Source of the DNA: Desulfatiglandales bacterium | Lineage (GTDB): Bacteria; Desulfobacterota; DSM-4660; Desulfatiglandales; Desulfatiglandaceae | Assembly (NCBI GenBank): GCA_963662465.1 | Contig: OY759599.1 | Location: 928,001 to 992,000, forward strand | Direction of reading: 5' to 3' | DNA: 64,000 nt | Part shown: positions 59,601 to 64,000 of the stretch, piece after piece | Layout of the letters: the number at the start of each line of letters is the position of its first letter | How positions within the stretch are numbered: the stretch's first letter is position 1 | Position numbers and translations under genes: made by a program | The notes under the pieces: generated by a model | Told to the model about the DNA's origin: nothing | Seen by the model: the letters and a program-made list of their open reading frames with translations, nothing else | The model's database searches: none

Positions 59601-62600
59601 GGATGGCGGGTTGGTGGTGGGAAATTTTTCGATCTCTTCCCAGTAGGCGTCTACGCTCACCAAAATGGTGTCCGATTCCGCCAGAAAAAGGAGATCCTCT
59701 GCCCTGTTCCGCGATGCCAGCACCATCTTGCAGGCGCAGTCGTTGATCTTGAATTGGAGGCGTTCTTCCGGGTCCGCATGATCGAAAGGGACATAGGCGG
59801 CGCCCGATTTGATGATCCCTAAAATGGCGATGATCTTTATTATGGAGCGGTCCATATAGAGACCGATCAGCGTGTCCCCCCTTACGGCTTCGCCCCACTC
59901 TTCCGGGTATGTCTGCCGGATCATGTGGGCCAGTTGATTGGCCTTTTCATTGAGCCCGCGGTAGGTGAGGGTCTCATCGCGAAACACAAGGGCGGTTTGT
60001 TCAGGCGTTTTTTCCACCTGTTCCTGAAAAAGAAGGGTCAGGGTTTTGCCGTTGGGGCAGGGCCGTGCCGTGCGGTTATAATCATGAATGATTTTTTCAT
60101 ATTCTTCACGGTCCATCAGGGAAATGTCTTTGATGGGCATTTCGGGATGGGAGACCATGGCCCTCAAAACATTTAAGTAATGCCCGGCAAAGCGTTCGAT
60201 GGTCGTTTTGTTGAAAAGGGCCGCGGCATAGCTGAAAACAATATCCGTCCGGCCCGCTTCTTCATAGACGTAGCCGGTGATATCGAATTTTTCGGTGATG
60301 ACTTCCTCATTGATTCGCGAAAGGGCGGTATTTCCCAGTCGCAGCTTGTCGTCTCCCAGGTCCCACAGGGCAAATACCGTATCAAAAAGCGGATTTCGTC
60401 CCGCTTCCCGTTCGATATGGAGGGTGCTGACCATTTCCTCTAAGGGGTACAAATCATTGGCAATGGCGGACAACACTTTGTGTTTGACCCTTTCCAGGTA
60501 TTCCGACACGGACATATGGCCGAAAATTCGTGTCCGGACCGGGAGCGTGCTGACGAACATGCCCAGGCAGGAAAGCACATCGGGACTTTTCCGGCCCAGT
60601 GAGGGGATGCCGGTGATGATGTCTTCACTTGCGCTGTATTTTGAAAGCAGGATATTAAATGCCGCAAACATGAGCATAAAGGGGGTCACGTCCCGGCTTC
60701 GTTCAACCCGTTTCATCGCTTCTTTCAAGTCAGGGTCTATGGCCAGCCTTACGGCCCCGCCCTTATAGTCCTTTACTTTCGGGCGTTTCCGGTCCCAGGG
60801 GAGTGATATTTGGGGAAGTTCTTCACCCAATTCATCGCGCCAGTAGGCTTCCTGCCGTTGGTAGGTTTCGGAGCTTGAAAGCGCCTGTTCCAAAAACACA
60901 TAGTCCCTGACGCGGCCGTCGGGCGGGGTGAGTGTTTTCGTATGGTAGGCGTGATGGAGTTCTTTTAAGAAGAGATTCACCGACTGCCCGTCAAAAATGA
61001 TGTGATGAAAAACAAAGATCAGATACGTGGCGCGCCCATCCGATTCCTTGAAAATACCGGTACGCCATAAAGGGGCTTTGGCCAGGTCAAAGGGGCGGCA
61101 AAATTGTGTAAATGCCGCTTGTAATGAACGGGTCTCGATGGCTTTTTCTTCGATTTCAAGGGCGCACTCGGACATCTCCGGAATTTTCTGGCGAATACCG
61201 TTTTCGGTTTCGAAAAAGCGGGTTCTCAGGGATTCCTGGTTGCGGGCTATTTCCGCCAGCGTTTCCTTCAACGGTTCCCCGTCGAAAGCATCTTCGGTCC
61301 GATAAATCAACGTCACATTGTAGGCCGGGCTTTTGCCCTCTATTTTGTTGACCAGGTACATTCTTTTCTGAGCATTTAAAACCGGATAGTCCGGCAGTTC
61401 AGGTGCGCGTTTGAGTTTCAATGAAACCGATTTGCCGGCGCGCGCAATCCGCGCGGCCTGTTCCTTTATGGTTTTAGCCGCGAAGAGTTTTTCCGGTGAA
61501 ATATCGATTCCAAATGTCCGGTTGATCCGGAGCGCCAGCTGAACGATGGTCAATGAATTGCCCCCAATATGGAAAAAATTCGTCGTCACCCCGATCCTTG
61601 GCACCCCCAGCAGGTCCTCCCAGATGGCGCATAGTTCGGTTTCGGTTGCGGTTGCGGGTGCTTCAAAATCCTTCTCATCCCCGGTAAAATCCGGTTCCGG
61701 AAGCGCTTTTCGGTCGATCTTGCCGGAGGTGTTGACCGGCATGGTTTGAAGCGGCACAAACACCCGCGGGATCATATAGTCCGGCAGAAGTTCCGCGAGA
61801 TGGGACCGAAGCGCGTCCTTTTTGACGTCCGCTTTTTCCTTTGCGGTATAATATGCGCAAAGATATTTTTCGCCGTTTCTTTCACGGGCGATGACCGCGC
61901 ACATCAAAACTGAAGGATGCGCGTAGAGCTTGTTTTCAATCTCCCCCAGCTCGATGCGAAACCCCCTGATTTTCACCTGGTTGTCATTTCGTCCCACATA
62001 CTGGATGTCGCCGTTTGAAAGCCGTTTCACCACATCGCCGGTTTTGTAAATGCGGAGGTTTCGGCCGTTTTTCTTCTCCTCATGGGTGGCGAAGGGATTT
62101 AAGATAAACCGTTCTTTCGTGAGATCCGGGCGGTTCAGATACCCCCGGGCCGGCGCATCGCCGCCGATGTACAGCTCTCCTTCGTCACCGATCTTCACCG
62201 GACGCTGTTCCCCGTCCAGGATATAGACCGTAATATTATCCAGGGGTTTTCCGATATCCGTATTGAGATCCCCTTTTTTATAAGTATGCACGGTGGCGCA
62301 AACGGTACATTCCGTGGGTCCGTAAGCGTTTACAAACACATGGTTTTGGCTCCACCGATTCATGGCTTCGGTTTTACAGGCTTCTCCGCCCGTCAGAACA
62401 ATTTTAAGAGACGGCAGTTCCGTCGGGTGAAGCGCCTCCAGCACCACCGGAGGCAATGTGAGAACGGAAATGCTTTCTCTTTTCACCATGTCCAGCATGG
62501 CGGCGGGGTCGGTTCGAATCTCGTCCGGCACGATGTACAGGGCGCTGCCCGACAGTAGGCATGGAAATATTTCCCAGACCGAGGCATCGAAAGCGATTGA

Positions 62601-62741
62601 AAAAAACTGTGTCATGCGCGAAGAGGAATCCAGGTCCAGATGTTTCTTTTTGCCGTGGATCATGTTGATGCAGCTTTTGTGCGTAATCATGACCCCCTTG
62701 GGACGTCCCGTTGATCCGGAGGTGTAAATAACATAACGCAT
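53640..62741 (-). pseudogene. Decayed NRPS: (partial A)-T-C-A-MT-T-C-A-T-(deleted TE)
   Basis: Three YTSGSTG A3 motifs; T motifs GGNSL, GGNSL and GGDSI; C motifs HHIIFDG and HHSIFDG; MT motif EIGCGTG. The two track ORFs share a frame across TAG 57660-57662. The 5' end is cut at the first A3 motif. Confidence 0.88.
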
Positions 62742-64000
62742 AAGTCTAAATGTTGTGGGGTTTACTCTAACATATTGAAATTATTTCATCTGTTAAACGG
62801 TTCAGAATCAATATCCTAATCAAAGCGCATTTCGTGAGGCCAAACATTTTTTCCTGAATTCGCCTTAGCGGAAAAAAGTTAGGGACTTTTTTTGATAAGT
62901 GTGCATAATCATAGTGCAACAGTCTATGTTAAATTAGAGAGGTTGCACATGATTAATAATATTAAGAGAGCTTTGACAATGTTGGACAAAGCTCAAAACA
63001 GACTTGCAAGACAATGTTATTACGATCCAAAACAGTATCCTGAGATTTTCTTTGAAATTGAGAAATGCATTAATGCCATCAGATCATGGATCAATGAAAG
63101 GGAGATGTTTCAATCATTGCAATATTTTTATGTAACATTGTCTGCTCTTATTGATGAACTTGGTAGGTTAATAAGTCAATTATGGGATATTTGTAAGCCA
63201 ATAAAAGGGAAAAAAAGCATTCCAAAAACACAACGGGATCGACAGAAAATTAGAATCTTTTATTCAATTCGTTCAATGATAAGTAATATTACTAAAAAAT
63301 TGAATAATGTAAAAAGTCGTGATAGTACAATCAGTATTGCATTTGAGATAGGGATGTTAAAATCTTTTGATAAATCCATAATCGAAAATGTAAAAAAGAA
63401 AATGGAAGACCTTGTTTCTAAACGAGGAAATCAAACATATATCTTTCCTTATAATAACACCGAAAGCTATCATGCTCTCGTAAAAGATAGTAAGAAGTTT
63501 CGCATTGAAGTATTAGATAAACTCGATAAATATGATCACCACACAGGCCATAATTCAACATGTTCTGGACCTAAAGAATATATTTTATCTGGTTTCCGCG
63601 GGAATCCTCGAAAAACAATAATGAATGGAGGAGAACAACAGACATTCCCAATCCGCATGATACAATGCCGGAAGTGCAAACAAAAGTTCTCTCTTGTTCC
63701 CAGCTTTCTCCCAAGGGAAAAGAATTTTGGTATAGAGATTATTGGGCACGTATTTCGGAATATGTACCGTTTTAATGCGAGCATTCAAGGAGCCATCGAA
63801 AGCCTTAAAATTATTGGCAAAAAAAGTGTCAAAAGCAAACAAACCATCTTGAACTGGAATCGATGGGCAGGAACACTTCATCCTGCAACAATACTAACAA
63901 GAGCAGGAGTGAAAGGCTCAGGATATCTACAGGAAGATGAGGGCTTTGAAAAAGAACCAAATTTAAGAACTTATTCTGTAGTTATGGTCGATCCTGAAAA
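62742..64000 (+). mobile_element. AT-rich IS-like element truncating the NRPS; extends beyond the window
   Basis: Abrupt compositional shift exactly where NRPS homology stops; contains a transposase-like ORF. Confidence 0.6.
62949..64000 (+). CDS. Putative DDE transposase, 3'-partial (not in the ORF track)
   Basis: Open frame from ATG 62949 to the window end: MINNIKRAL...IRMIQCRKCKQKFSLVPSFLPR...KQTILNW...YLQEDEGFEK; Zn-ribbon, HTH-like segment, then a DE motif. Confidence 0.65.
   Translation, partial: MINNIKRALTMLDKAQNRLARQCYYDPKQYPEIFFEIEKCINAIRSWINEREMFQSLQYFYVTLSALIDELGRLISQLWDICKPIKGKKSIPKTQRDRQKIRIFYSIRSMISNITKKLNNVKSRDSTISIAFEIGMLKSFDKSIIENVKKKMEDLVSKRGNQTYIFPYNNTESYHALVKDSKKFRIEVLDKLDKYDHHTGHNSTCSGPKEYILSGFRGNPRKTIMNGGEQQTFPIRMIQCRKCKQKFSLVPSFLPREKNFGIEIIGHVFRNMYRFNASIQGAIESLKIIGKKSVKSKQTILNWNRWAGTLHPATILTRAGVKGSGYLQEDEGFEKEPNLRTYSVVMVDPE

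Overview
This window looks like DNA from an anaerobic Gram-negative bacterium; gene content suggests Desulfobacterota/deltaproteobacteria (inference only). It has four blocks. (1) 1-14.6 kb: an aldehyde dehydrogenase followed by a mycofactocin-type RiPP operon. The operon holds a 40-aa mftA missed by the ORF track (ending IDGICGVY), mftB, mftC and mftF, but no mftD or mftE in the window. It is expanded by two OYE/FadH flavo-FeS enzymes, EtfAB, a 7-CxxCH cytochrome c, a membrane FeS/CCG oxidoreductase and a second radical SAM, and a Phd-VapC pair interrupts it. (2) 14.6-23 kb: deletion debris, including a ~240-bp mosaic relic of a second copy of that operon, plus dctP, TetR, a Tim44-domain protein and a large helical-repeat protein. 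(3) 23-45.7 kb: a TetR-headed acetophenone-carboxylase-like catabolic cluster (apc1-4-like genes, a URO-D-like insert, CoA ligase, ADH, OB-fold plus thiolase, VOC, FadL, OYE, EtfAB, FeS oxidoreductase) and an MCP; a ~190-bp direct repeat brackets its distal half. (4) 45.7-64 kb: exported hypothetical proteins, broken transposases, an MFS exporter and a decayed 3-module NRPS cut by an AT-rich transposase-like element that runs off the window. No rRNA, tRNA or CRISPR was recognised. All calls come from reading motifs by eye; no database searches were run.
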